Assembly (NCBI GenBank): GCA_964016885.1
Contig: OZ024749.1
Span: 49,848,001 to 49,912,000 of the forward strand
Origin: Eledone cirrhosa
Lineage: Eukaryota
Direction: 5' to 3'
Length of the DNA stretch: 64,000 bases
A program made the translations under genes and the position numbers. Within the stretch, counting starts at the first letter, position 1, and each line of letters opens with the position of its first letter. The notes under the pieces were generated by a model, which had not been told where the DNA came from, searched no databases, and was given only the letters and a program-made list of their open reading frames with translations. Of the stretch, positions 28,736 through 41,498 are shown piece after piece.

Positions 28736-28742
<7 letters not shown>
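27712..28742 (+). mobile_element. Internally deleted Penelope-like element, family P1 (pLTR - ORF start - 3' UTR - pLTR)
   Basis: Direct terminal repeat 27712-27838 / 28616-28742. ORF 27879 begins KNIPVPNRKTYLKLLIQKTDAFIKRLRWRAFYF, resembling PLE ORF N-termini. A ~140-bp diverged internal tandem repeat and a hammerhead-like core (28584-28607) are present. Confidence 0.75.
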
Positions 28743-28774
<32 letters not shown>

Positions 28775-28778
<4 letters not shown>

Positions 28779-28783
28779 GAGAC

Positions 28784-28880
<97 letters not shown>
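28775..28880. repeat. (AG)n microsatellite
   Basis: Tandem AG. Confidence 0.95.
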
Positions 28881-29261
28881 CAGAGATAGATGTGTGTGCG
28901 TTCATCTTTTTATGTATCTATTTATAAATGGGCTTTCCATTATTAAGTGTAACATCACTGTAGAATATTTTGCAAAGTGAACGTGTAAAATTAACAGATT
29001 TAATTTTCTTCCCCATTAGAATGATTTTCCTTCTCATATCACAGCACGTATTTCTATATTTGGATTATTTCATGTTGAGCTGATCTCCGTAGGATATGAT
29101 TTGTTTTGCCAGCTCCGTGTAACTGTAAGTCACTGATTTTAACAGGAGGATGAGTAAAATGTTAACGCTGATAATAACTTCAGCAAATACTTTGACATTC
29201 TGGTGTAGCTAATGATAATGTCAGTACAGATATGGATGTTTTTCATTATGATGGTATGGTT

Positions 29262-29425
29262 GTGTATTGGCAGTATCGGTATGGTTTGCAGCAAATAGTT
29301 ACGGCCCTTTATGGTTCAAATCGCGCCGTGGTTAGCTTTGCCTTTCATCCTTACGGAGTCGCTGAAATAAAGTACCTGTAATATAATGGGATAATTGCTG
29401 GCTTTGATGCCAAAAGTAGAAACAA
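29262..29425 (+). mobile_element. SINE copy 9 (degenerate)
   Basis: Family match with deletions. Confidence 0.8.
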
Positions 29426-31322
29426 CTATGATGATAGGGTTGGTTATGATAATGATTATGATAATAATGATGATAACAGATGTAATAATTATTGTGAGTG
29501 AATTGTCATTTTATATGGATGTCGTTTATCACAACGGTAGAGATGATCAATAATGAAGAGAATGATGATGATAATTATGTTAATTTTTTTTTCTATGATG
29601 GATATCATCCCGAGGATGGAGGGAAAGGAGGGGGATGAATTTCGTTAGTCGCATGATGTGATGATGATAACAATAGTGATATTTGATATTTGAACATATG
29701 ATGATTTTCTACCCCTAGAAAAAATACAGTCGAATATATAATGTTTCTACTTTTTCGTATTCTTCTCCGAAATAATATGATGTATGCTTTTAAGAAGTGA
29801 ACAATAGGAAGGAGGAATGAACTAGACGAAAAAATCAATACTAAAATATTAACCGTTTAGTTACTGAGAATATCAGATTGTCATAACGCAAGAAATAATC
29901 CCTATGTCACGGTACCATTTTAGATCAACTGCTGTCATATTATCCTAAATTAGGCATCAATTCTGATGCAAATATGAATTCTCTTTTGTATGAAATCCCC
30001 AATTTTCTTGTCAAAAGTTTTACATAATCAAAACTAATAAATCAAGAAATAGCAGTAATAGTACGCTCAAAATTAGAAAAAAGCCAGTTTTATAGAAATA
30101 TCTTTGTTCATGAATATTATAGTTGTTTGCAATGAGAATAGGTTTGTCTAGTTTAGACTCAGATCATCTTCCAACATGACTTCTCGTCATTCATTCAAAT
30201 ATAGTGTACCTAATACTATTTTATTGTTTTATTCTCAATGTTCGGCAGCAATATTTAACATTTCTAATGAAAACATAGATACTTATATTGTATGACTCTT
30301 GTTGCGTGAGGCAGTAAAAACTGTCATAGACGTATCGGCTTAATAATTGGCGGTAGCAATTTTCTTTGCTTTGGTAATCTAAGCTTGATTTTGTGTCCTT
30401 CCATTACTTCTTTGTGATGGATATTGTTCTCTTTTTCAAATAATATTACTGACATTATATTCTATACGTTTCTGAATTACAAATCGCCATATCAATGAAA
30501 GCATCTAGAAATACCAACAACCGAACAGAGCATTTGATTACTCTTTTATTAAATACCAAAACAAAATAAACACTTACATATCTCTTTGTTTCATATCCGT
30601 CGTATCTGACATGACACCAGCAGCAAAATATTATAAGGAAAAACAAAACTGAAGCATAAACACATGAATTTGATGTGGTGACATAGTCAACCCGTCAACC
30701 ACACATGCACATGATTAGTGAAGAAATAGAAAATAGATATACATCAGCTCCCTAATAAACACGCACTCATATCATCTTCATAAAGAAATATTATTAAACC
30801 CCCAGCTCAGAAAATAAAAACATCAAAAGGCAGCCGGCTTTGGTTTATACTCGCAACACTTCGACAGAAATATACGATTATTTTCATTATGAAATATTTA
30901 GATATTCTACACTCATACACATATTTTTGGTGCCACTCATTTAGTTGATGTACTTTGGAGAAACGTAATGTATTGGTATACATAATTTAAACGGATTTAT
31001 CAATTACAAATGAACACAAATACATACAATGTCAGTAATATATATATTTTCATTGAGGAATGAAACTCATTTACAAATAAGGAAAACTATGTCTAATTAC
31101 CATAATAAATACGTGTATAATTAACGAATATAAATAAATAATGTATTGATTTTTGTCTAAAATTTACATCAACATTTAAGTAACAAGTTTACAGAAGTTG
31201 ATCTTTTTATCACGCGCAGTAAATAGCTGTACATAAATTCTTTGACATTGTCTCCATATGAATATAAAATATTATTCTGCAAGTACGAATTTGAGCAGAA
31301 TTCGTATATATAAACACTCACA

Positions 31323-31353
<31 letters not shown>

Positions 31354-31401
31354 CCGCACCCACACACAGACACACACACACACACACATACACACACATG
31401 C

Positions 31402-31449
<48 letters not shown>

Positions 31450-32031
31450 CACACAGTATTATTGATTTAGGCGTCGCAGAAACCCTGCATTGGATTTTAC
31501 CATCAGTTCAGTCGGTCCGCGTAAATATTTCACTCATATAATATTTTGTTTGACCCGCTTAGCTTGCTTGTTTTGGGGATTTAGGTGGGTAATAGCTTCT
31601 TAACCGCTGTCTCGGGTTTTATGGCCTTTAAAACTTATGTGTTTTACTCTGGTCTATTCTGGTCAATGGAACACTTGCCATCACAAATCGGAAGTTGCGT
31701 TTCGCTAATTTCTACTCGCGGAAATGCGATTCTCGCTAAATTTATATATATATAGGGGGATCAACTGTATAATTTTCACAAAAATACAGTAATTTATCTG
31801 ACTAACACACTTATCTATAATTCTCAAACTGAAATGATCAGAAATGTTTCGATTATGAAAATTTACATTGATTTAATCTTACATTATTTTAAACGAAATG
31901 AATATATAAAAATTCATATGTGACTACATGTGTCGTTATATATATACTTAGACGTGTATACCGATATATACCAAAGGCCTTATGATACTGTTCTTCTATA
32001 TATGCATATCTACAATTACATTTTCTATTCA

Positions 32032-32081
<50 letters not shown>

Positions 32082-33282
32082 AGAGAGGGGGGATTGCCCT
32101 TTACATACTATTTGGGAGTACAGGAACCCGCCGAAATACGAATACCGATACTTTCAGATTGCTAGTCAAATCCTTACGCAACGTTAAGTATCTTACATAA
32201 AATATTATACGCGATTCAAAAGGCAGATAATATCAACGTGTTCACTTTCAACACAAGTATATTTAAACTAAGTATTTTATCACATGAAGTTCTAATCGTA
32301 ACATTCTAAGAAGAATATGCAGTACTAACAGTATTTCTTTGTAGGCTAGAGGCAAATATTCATCAAATTATAACAGGCAAACCAAAATATCGAAATAGAT
32401 CTTGATCGCCAATATGAATGTACGTAAAATGAAACACTATACAGATTAAACAACCGAGTTAAGAACTTTATTCTAGCGGCATGTATTCTCATAACTATAT
32501 GTAACAAATATTACTTTTATTTTTCTTCCTATCCAGCATTTTGCAAGTCCTTCTCTCAGATCGGTATCTTAAGAAATAAACAAAACTAGATGAAACGCTA
32601 TTTTTTAAAGTCAACGTATTCTCTGTTAAGTTTTATCCTTGAAAATGCCTGCAAGATATATGGAAATTGAAGTTTATTTAAGATAAACAGAAGTAAAAAT
32701 AGCGATATTTTATGAAATGTGTATAGGAACGTTACACATTCTCGTTCATTGAACTATTTTGGTGTATATATGTGTATACATATGTGTATAAGTATAGGTG
32801 GATACATACATCTTACCTGAAATAAATATCACAAATATGCTCTTAAGTATACATACATATATATATATATATATGTTTATGTGTGTGTGTGTTTGTGAGT
32901 GTGTGAAGAGAAAGAGAGAGAGAAGGGGTGGGGTGGGAGGAGAGAACAGGGAATGATGTGCGTGTGTGTTTGCTTTTATACACGAATATATGGTACATCA
33001 TTGCTCAAATTGTACATATAGTTACTATAGAAATGTGTAGGTGTATATCAGTTAAAATGCCATCGTCAAATGCTAATATGTAATCAGAATGTGAGTGCAG
33101 CATATGTATAACTCATGGATATATGCCATACAATCTTTATAAAATATTCACATGTTTGGCGTAGCCACACATTGTATACTATAAACAGGTTATTTGAAGA
33201 CTGATATCTTCTGATTAAACAGCGCCTCTCTGTCTCTCTTTTTATACCAATTGACATACACACACACATATACATAGATATA

Positions 33283-33410
33283 TATTTCATTATAATATCA
33301 TTATAATTTTAAAGGATTGTAAATAAAACGAGTAAATCGGATAAAGTTGGAATTCCTTTTACTAATATAATCTTCTATACACAATCATACACACTCGTGT
33401 ATATATATAA

Positions 33411-33501
<91 letters not shown>

Positions 33502-33640
33502 CATTATATATATATATACACGGGTGTGTATGATTGTGTATAGAAGATTATATTAGTAAAAGGAATTCCATTCCAACTTTATCTGATTTACTCGTTTTAT
33601 TTACATTCCTTTAAAGTTCTAATGATATTATAATGAAATA
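33283..33640. repeat. Imperfect inverted repeat (~115-bp arms) centred on (AT)n; third partial copy at 33753-33840
   Basis: The arms are reverse complements with several substitutions and a 5-bp indel. Confidence 0.88.
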
Positions 33641-33852
33641 GCATGGTTTAAAATTGCAAATTTGACAGTCACCACTTAATATCAACCTGAAGATTGCGAA
33701 AATATGAAAGTAGTTGTTCAATTAACATTTAACATTTAATATGCTACAATACTATTCCATTATAATATCATTATAATTTTAAAGGATTGGAAATCAAAGG
33801 AATAAATCAGACGAAGTTGGAATTCCTTTTACTAATATATATATATATGTAT

Positions 33853-34445
33853 ATAGTAATAATAATAAAATTGAAGACTAAAATCCAAAGAGGCCTCGAT
33901 AAGGAAAATATATATCAAATATATAAGAACCGTAGAGCAAATATTTATTAAAATAACATATTAAAGTTTAAGCAAAGAATCGCTGCTTTCATCCTTAAGG
34001 GGATCTTCTGAAACTAACAAAGTCAATCTGTAAACGCAGAACTGGATATTTCAAGAAACGTTGCAACCGGAGGAAGACAGGAAGACGATACTTTGGTTCG
34101 TGGTAACGCTCGCTGGCAAAGAACGGGAAAAAACGAATAATACGTCATTAATAGGAGCGGTGAAAAACAATTACGCGCAAAGACAGAACCACGTTTATGG
34201 TATAAAAGAGGTCGTAGACTAATGTTCTCTTAGGTGGTGCATAGAGACGTTCTCTGGCAATGAACGAAAAAACGAAGATAATAAGTCAAATGTGGAGCGT
34301 GGAGAACACTAGCACGCACAGACAAAATCACGTAAATGGTAAGCAGAAGTCGTAGACTAAAATTCTAACTAGTAGACCAAATGAATCTCCGCTACAGAGT
34401 TAAGAACAAAGTAAATAAATACAATACAGAAGTAATAGAAACAAA
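33853..34445 (-). mobile_element. PLE family P1 3' UTR/pLTR copy
   Basis: Reverse complement of 28147-28742. Confidence 0.85.
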
Positions 34446-34575
34446 ACCTCGACGTTACCCTCAATTTATTGAATGGGTTGTATTACCCGTATAGAAAGCC
34501 GAATGATACGCTTAATTACATAAGTAAGCATTCCAACCATCCTGCCAGCATAACCAAGAACCTGGTAAGGAACGT

Positions 34576-34907
34576 TTCGTTTTTTCGTTCATTGCCAGAG
34601 AACGTCTCTATGCACCACCTAAGAGAACATTAGTCTACGACCTCTTTTATACCATAAACGTGGTTCTGTCTTTGAGCGTAATTGTTTTTCACCGCTCCTA
34701 TTAATGACGTATTATTCGTTTTTTCCCGTTCTTTGTCAGCGAACGTTACCACGAACCAAAGTATCGTCTTCCTGTCTTCCTCCGGTTGCAACGTTTTTTG
34801 AAATATCCAGTTCTGCGTTTACAGATTGACTTTGTTAGTTTCAGAAGATCCCGTTAAGGGTGAAAGCAGCGATTCTTTGCTTAAACTTTAATCTGTTATT
34901 TTAATAA
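34576..34907 (+). mobile_element. PLE family P1 partial copy, inverted relative to 33853-34445
   Basis: Matches 28317-28650. Confidence 0.85.
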
Positions 34908-35756
34908 CTATATATGTATATATATATACATATATATATATGTGTGTGTGTGAGGGTGTGTATGTCAATTGGTATGCAACACAATATGCACATATATATA
35001 TATATCCTCAATTAACTGTTAACTGTATTTTAGTTGTTATCCATGTGATGTGGCATTTGCATATATGCCAAATACACGTTGGAATTGTATGTAACTACAT
35101 GCTTTGTATATATATGGAAATTGTGTGTAAATGTACGTGTTCATATATGTTTGAGTAACTCAACATTTTATATACGGTTAAACGTACGCAATCTTGCATT
35201 CCAATACATTAATTTGCCTAACGCTCTCAATTAATGGAATTATATATTATAAATAATAGAGAAAGCGTATGCAATCTATTAGTTAATTACGTAACATTAC
35301 TAGACTCTTTGTAATAATAATTACATTATAATTCTTGATATTCGCAAATATTTCACTTAAAATATGGAATTTAAATGATTAGTAAATTACATCATACGTT
35401 TCCATCTCTCTAGTTATCCCTATTTCAATATCTGATCACATAACTAACTACACGGAGACATAATGTGTTAATAACAGAGTAAACCAATTTTTATAATTTG
35501 TAAGCGTAAACAACAATATTTATTATAGAAAAATATATTTTAATGATATATATTCAGTTAATTTGTTGGAACTTGTAAAAATATTGATGCATATATAATT
35601 TCCAATTTAAAATTTTTCATATTTCCAAATCATAAGACAGATCATATATAATATCTAGTCGATTATGTATTTGTAGAAGCTAATCTATGAACATCTGGTG
35701 GCCTTTGTGTCTCACTTTTTCTCACTCGCTCTGCTTATATATATATATATATATAT

Positions 35757-36100
<344 letters not shown>

Positions 36101-36221
36101 GAATATATATAGTGTATTTTGAGCACCGATTCTAATTTTGAATTGTTGCTGGACCGACAACCGCTCTGTATAATCAGTTCCTGATTATTACTGCAATTCT
36201 ATCAAAATCCAACATTCATAA

Positions 36222-36311
36222 TTTTCAGCAGGCAAAGGGAGTTCTAAGCTGTGAGGAGTACCAACAGTACGAAACAGATCTGCCAGCTTATCTCCCTTTG
36301 TTTTCTGAAAA
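36222..36311 (+). ncRNA. Extended type I hammerhead ribozyme fold with variant core
   Basis: Stem I TTTTCAG.AGGCAAAGGGAG-ttc-TAAGCT / AGCTTA-t-CTCCCTTTGTTT.CTGAAAA; core GTGAGGA; stem II GTAC-caaca-GTAC; GAAA; stem III CAG-at-CTG; site GCC. Confidence 0.8.
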
Positions 36312-36464
36312 AAGAAGTAAGTGACATAGTCCCTACTTCGAAACGATAGCGTAAGGTTTTCAAAATGATTTTAATTAAGCATACGATGTATTGCAAAATA
36401 CACTATATATACATTCATATATATAACACTATCTCAGACACCATTTTTAATATATATATATATT

Positions 36465-36530
36465 TGAAGATCCCGTTAAGGGTGAAAGCAGCGATTCTTT
36501 GCTTAAACTTCAATCTGTTATTTTAATAAA
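36465..36530 (+). mobile_element. PLE family P1 pLTR fragment
   Basis: GAAGATCCCGTTAAGGGTGAAAGCAGCGATTCTTTGCTTAAACTT matches the P1 pLTR. Confidence 0.8.
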
Positions 36531-36656
36531 AATATATATATATATATTGACAAAGTGAAACGTTACGTTTTAATCATTTTCTGACCCATAACAAAGAGAG
36601 AGAGAAACAAAAAAATACATTTTTTTTTTCTTCCTAATAATCCTCTTTTTCCCTAT

Positions 36657-36698
<42 letters not shown>

Positions 36699-36827
36699 AA
36701 GTGAGGTTTTCTTCACAAAATGAAAAAAAAACGAGGTTTCCTACACGAGTGAAAGTATAAGGAAAGGAGATGAAATCGAAAATGTAACTGGACTATTTTT
36801 TTAGAACTATATTTATTTGTTTCTTGT

Positions 36828-36876
<49 letters not shown>

Positions 36877-37140
36877 AGGTGGGAGGTAAAGAGGATTTGG
36901 AACTGCCATGAAGTCTAGGTCGTCCCGATTGTCATAGGCGCACCAGGTACACAAAGGGTTTCCAAGTATGGTTAAAGAAGATTAGTCCAGCCCCACTATT
37001 TCGAACACTTCAAAAGCATGCTTGCTGGGAACAGCAAGAACCCTCCGATACGCCCTGAATATCTGAAGCTGCAAGTAGTGGCTTGATATTCATCTCAACA
37101 AACTTTCCACTTAACTAACATCAATGACTGAGACTCAAAG
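36877..37140 (+). mobile_element. R4/Dong-type LINE family B 3' fragment
   Basis: Translates WEVKRIWNC..VVPIVIGA..LLGTARTLRYALNI* and shares its UTR with 15789-15945. Confidence 0.8.
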
Positions 37141-37171
37141 AGTAATAACAATAATAATAATGATAATAATG

Positions 37172-37203
<32 letters not shown>

Positions 37204-37206
<3 letters not shown>

Positions 37207-37957
37207 TACCAAGCCAACATAATAAAAAATGGATGCAGCCCATTATACCGTGTATGTAAAAAATAACCAGAGACCATTGACCATATCATTTCAATGTGCA
37301 GTTCTATAGCTACAACCGAATACCTAAACAGGCATGACAGAGCTGCACAATACATACATTGGATAATGTGTAAGCATTTTGACCAGCCCCATCAAAAGAA
37401 TTGGTGGGAGCATCAACCACCTCCCATATTTGAAAAAGATTACATCTCAATCTTGTGGAACTTTGGAATCCAAACAGACCGAAAAATAGATGCAAGTAGA
37501 CCTGATATAATATTGAAGCACTTTAAAAAGAGGGCATGCCTGCTAATTGATATGTCCGTTCCAATAGACAAAAATGTATCTATAAAAACATTTGAAAAAT
37601 TGAGCAAGTATAAGGACCTGGAGATAGAAATTGGAAAAATGTGGAAATTGAGAACTAAAACAATACCAGTGGTTGTAGGCGCTCTAGTAATGATACCTAA
37701 GGGGTCTAATGGTTACTTATCGCAAATCCCAGGAAACCCGCGTACAGGAGAAATACAAAAGATAGTACTAATGGGAACTACCCATACACTAAGGAAGATT
37801 CTGTCAATATAAGTACATCACAAGTCTAAACACCTAAAGATGCATGTGTGAGTATGTATGTTCTTTCTTGAATATGGCGGACCTTGTTGTTTCTTGAGGT
37901 CACTGGTTGTGACTTGGTGATAACTCGTATGAACATGAAGCAAGATAAAGGCAGCTG
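37204..37957 (+). mobile_element. R4/Dong-type LINE family A, 5'-truncated copy (RLE domain plus 3' UTR)
   Basis: ORF 37294-37812 is nearly identical to 17731-18249; (AAT)n flanks. Confidence 0.92.
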
Positions 37958-38164
37958 TAATAATAATAATAGTACTAATAATAATAATGATTTCTCTATT
38001 AATCACAAGGGTTTACATAAAGTAGACATTAAGGACAGTGCAGGACAATACAACAATGACTGTGACTCAAAGAACAATAATAATAATAATAATAATAAAT
38101 AACATCAATGACGGAGACTCAAAGAATAATAATAATAATAATAATAATAATGATAATAATACCA

Positions 38165-38830
38165 GTAGAATGCATATATATACATGAGAGAGTTGGCCAA
38201 TATCTACACTGGGTAATATGTCGGCAATACAAAATTCAAAGCTGGAGACATGTGGTACAATCATCTCCCCCCAGGCTGTAACTGAAGGAGAAAAAGTAAC
38301 AATTCTCTGGGACTTTCCTGTATACACTGACAGGACCATAAAGTTAAATACACCTGACATCTTTATAAAATATCAACATAACAAGGTATGCTTGTTGATA
38401 GATATGAGCATCCCATGTGATCACAATATCGCGGCAAAAGAATTGGACAAGCTACGAAAGTATAAACGTCTGCTTATTGAAATTGAGAAAATGTGGCACC
38501 TCAAGGCCGTTACAATATCAGTGATTGTGGGAGGACTGGGAATGATCAAGAAAGGAACAGAACAATATTTCCGAATGATTCCTGGTTTACCCTCTCTGTA
38601 CCAGGTGCACAAAATTGTTTTGACTGGTACTGCACACGTATTGAGAAGAGCACTATCCTTGTATTTACATATGCATATGCACATATGTATATATGTATAT
38701 TTTTTTCTTTTTGTTATTATAATGAATGTGCTGTATTAAGTGGCTTACCAATGCACACTGTAAATTTATTTTCCCTAGGTGTCAGGAAGACACACAGCAT
38801 ATATCTCAGAAACAATAATGAAAGAAAATA
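38165..38830 (+). mobile_element. R4/Dong-type LINE family C 3' fragment
   Basis: ORF 38218-38739: ILWDFPVYTD..PDI..LIDMSIP..K.RKY..L.IEIEKMW..VIVGGLG..LTGTAHVLRRAL. Confidence 0.88.
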
Positions 38831-38854
38831 AAAATAATAATAATAAAGCAACCA

Positions 38855-38857
38855 CTG

Positions 38858-38927
<70 letters not shown>

Positions 38928-38971
38928 AACTACTTCTACTACTACTACTACTAATACTAATACTACTACTG

Positions 38972-39047
<76 letters not shown>

Positions 39048-39048
39048 A
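38855..39048. repeat. (ACT)n microsatellite
   Basis: Tandem ACT; source of the poly-T and poly-S ORFs. Confidence 0.95.
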
Positions 39049-39684
39049 ATGCACAGAACTTAATGACCGTGATCGTTAATAATGAATTTCATCAGGATAC
39101 TATTTTACAATTATACCGAACACTAAACAATGACTCGTTAGATATTTTATGTCGACATCAGGTTTCATTTATGGCCGCCACGAACCACATGACTTCCAAC
39201 CGTATCCGGTAGTAGCATATGTTTCAGAATGTTTCATGAGACATAGAACTAGTTTATTACCTGCTAAATTATGCAGTTAATGGGAATAACCGAAGTATAT
39301 TTGCAACACAAGGGTCAATACTGTTAATAATATATTGTAGAAATTGGAGACAATACGCTTACATGTTCAGCTTGAGATTGTTAATATGAATACATAAACA
39401 ATGGTTAAATGTTTCTAAAGAAATATGGAATGTTCAACACATTGTGAAAATGCATTATATAATATAACATTTTGCAAATTAATAGAAAATAAAAAGCAAC
39501 AGGTTTTAGGTACGAGCACAGAAACAAAACATATATTTTTGTACATATATATATATAATTGTTTTGCAAGGATTTTGATATGAAATCGTGTGTCGAAACA
39601 AATATTCTTATACTTGATAAACGGTGATTGCCAAATAAATTAACTATGGAGATATAAAAGATACAGAAGCGAAAACCAACCAAA

Positions 39685-39746
39685 CAGTGAATGTGTTCTG
39701 TTATTATTTCTCGCAATATTATAAAAATATGACCCTCCCCAAGTAT

Positions 39747-39752
<6 letters not shown>
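39685..39752. repeat. Dispersed repeat end abutting (AT)n
   Basis: GTGTTCTGTTATT..CAATATT..AAATATGACCCTCCCCAAGTATAACAA is also at 57066-57129 and 57776-57839. Confidence 0.75.
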
Positions 39753-39829
<77 letters not shown>

Positions 39830-39830
39830 T

Positions 39831-40006
39831 AATTGTTTCTACTATTGGCACAAGGCCAGAAATTACCCAGTACATTACTGGTACTTTATTTTATCGACCC
39901 CGTAAGGATGAAAGGCAAAGTCAACCTCGGCGGGATTTGAACTCAGATCGTAAAGGGACGTAACTATGCTGGAAAGCATGGCGTACGACCCTCTACCGAT
40001 ACTGCA
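39831..40006 (-). mobile_element. SINE copy 10
   Basis: Family match. Confidence 0.9.
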
Positions 40007-40124
40007 ATAATAAATGTGAAGACTAAAATCCAAAGAAGGCTCGATAAGGATAAGTATATATCAGTTTTAGAAGATCCCGTTAAGAGTGAAATCACCGATT
40101 CTTTGCTTAAACGTTAATCTGTTA

Positions 40125-40131
<7 letters not shown>
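40006..40131. mobile_element. Two short PLE family P1 pLTR pieces in opposite orientation
   Basis: 40006-40062 matches the minus-strand pLTR end; 40063-40131 matches the plus-strand pLTR. Confidence 0.7.
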
Positions 40132-40155
<24 letters not shown>

Positions 40156-41415
40156 TGAGTCCCAGTTTTAATCGGGGTGAACCACACTAATTTAAGAACA
40201 CAATACATGATTTCCTTCGAATTACACATTTCTACTCATCTATGCGAGCAGATTGATATATAAACAGTAGTTTTCTGTATAGCACCACTCGGTCAATGTC
40301 GGAATACGAGTGGAATCAACAAGAAAAGGGGTCAAATATAATAAAATAAATTAAATAAAATCCTCAACGGAAAATATATATCCTGCTTAGTATAAATGTA
40401 ACCAGCAAAGTAGAAGATCAGGAACTATTATTTGGCGCAGGAAAGGTATACATGGGAAACTATATATACATTTATTTCAATCTACGTATATCAGTAGCGT
40501 GTAATCATCCTTTATATTTAACTATCATCTACGAATCGCACTAAATTACTAATACTCAAGACATTTCCGTTGAATTTGCAACCATGAATGTGTCTAATTT
40601 CACGCTATTCTTTCGACAAACATTCTAATGTCGATCGATATTGAATTTAGCGATCACACCTTGAACTGTAATGTTCACAAGTAATGAAGATGTGTTTCTG
40701 TAAATCTAGAAAATGATTGTACATTTAGTGATATATCCAGCCAGTATATATTCAATTAACATCCCATATGCTGATATCCCGTTTCCAGTAATTTCTGTGT
40801 AAGTATTCAATTACCCAGACCCGTGTAACAATAGAGTGTACACATATCAGATTCGTTAAATTGAATGAATTCAGCTTTATTATTTATATGTTGAAGTCGT
40901 AGACTTCAAATGTAATAAAGATTTACAAAAGAAAATAATGCGTTGTAGATTGTCGTTTAGGGGTGACATGAGATATTATAGAAGTACAGTTATTTCAATG
41001 TGTTATTAGAAATTCCCAGGCAAAAATATATATTGAGAAGCAGAAAAAATAAGTGGTGTGGCTAACGGACAAATTAAGCAAACTAGTCTCAAGTTGAAAT
41101 ATCATATTTAGCTTGTGGAGAGTTAATCTGCCAAAACAGTGCTGCAGCAATCAACACCATAGAGTCACAGCTGATAGTATATGGCAACATTCTTTGTAAC
41201 ATATCCCCACATACTTTATGTATATCTATATATATATATATATATATATATAAATGAAGTAATTCCGTCGGAAAAGTCCAGGAAAGAAGAGTGCTCTATG
41301 TAGGTTACAGAGCTTATTAGTTATGTAATATACAACATAAGATAATTATTTCATTTACCAGTGGTTACTTGAAAGCAAACAAAACTTGCTTTATGTATAT
41401 ATATATATATATACA

Positions 41416-41498
<83 letters not shown>

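Noticed and set aside
36229-36316. Apparent open exon with ag...gtaagt boundaries
   Set aside because: The sequence is better explained by the hammerhead fold; the peptide is unrecognisable and no partner exons were found.
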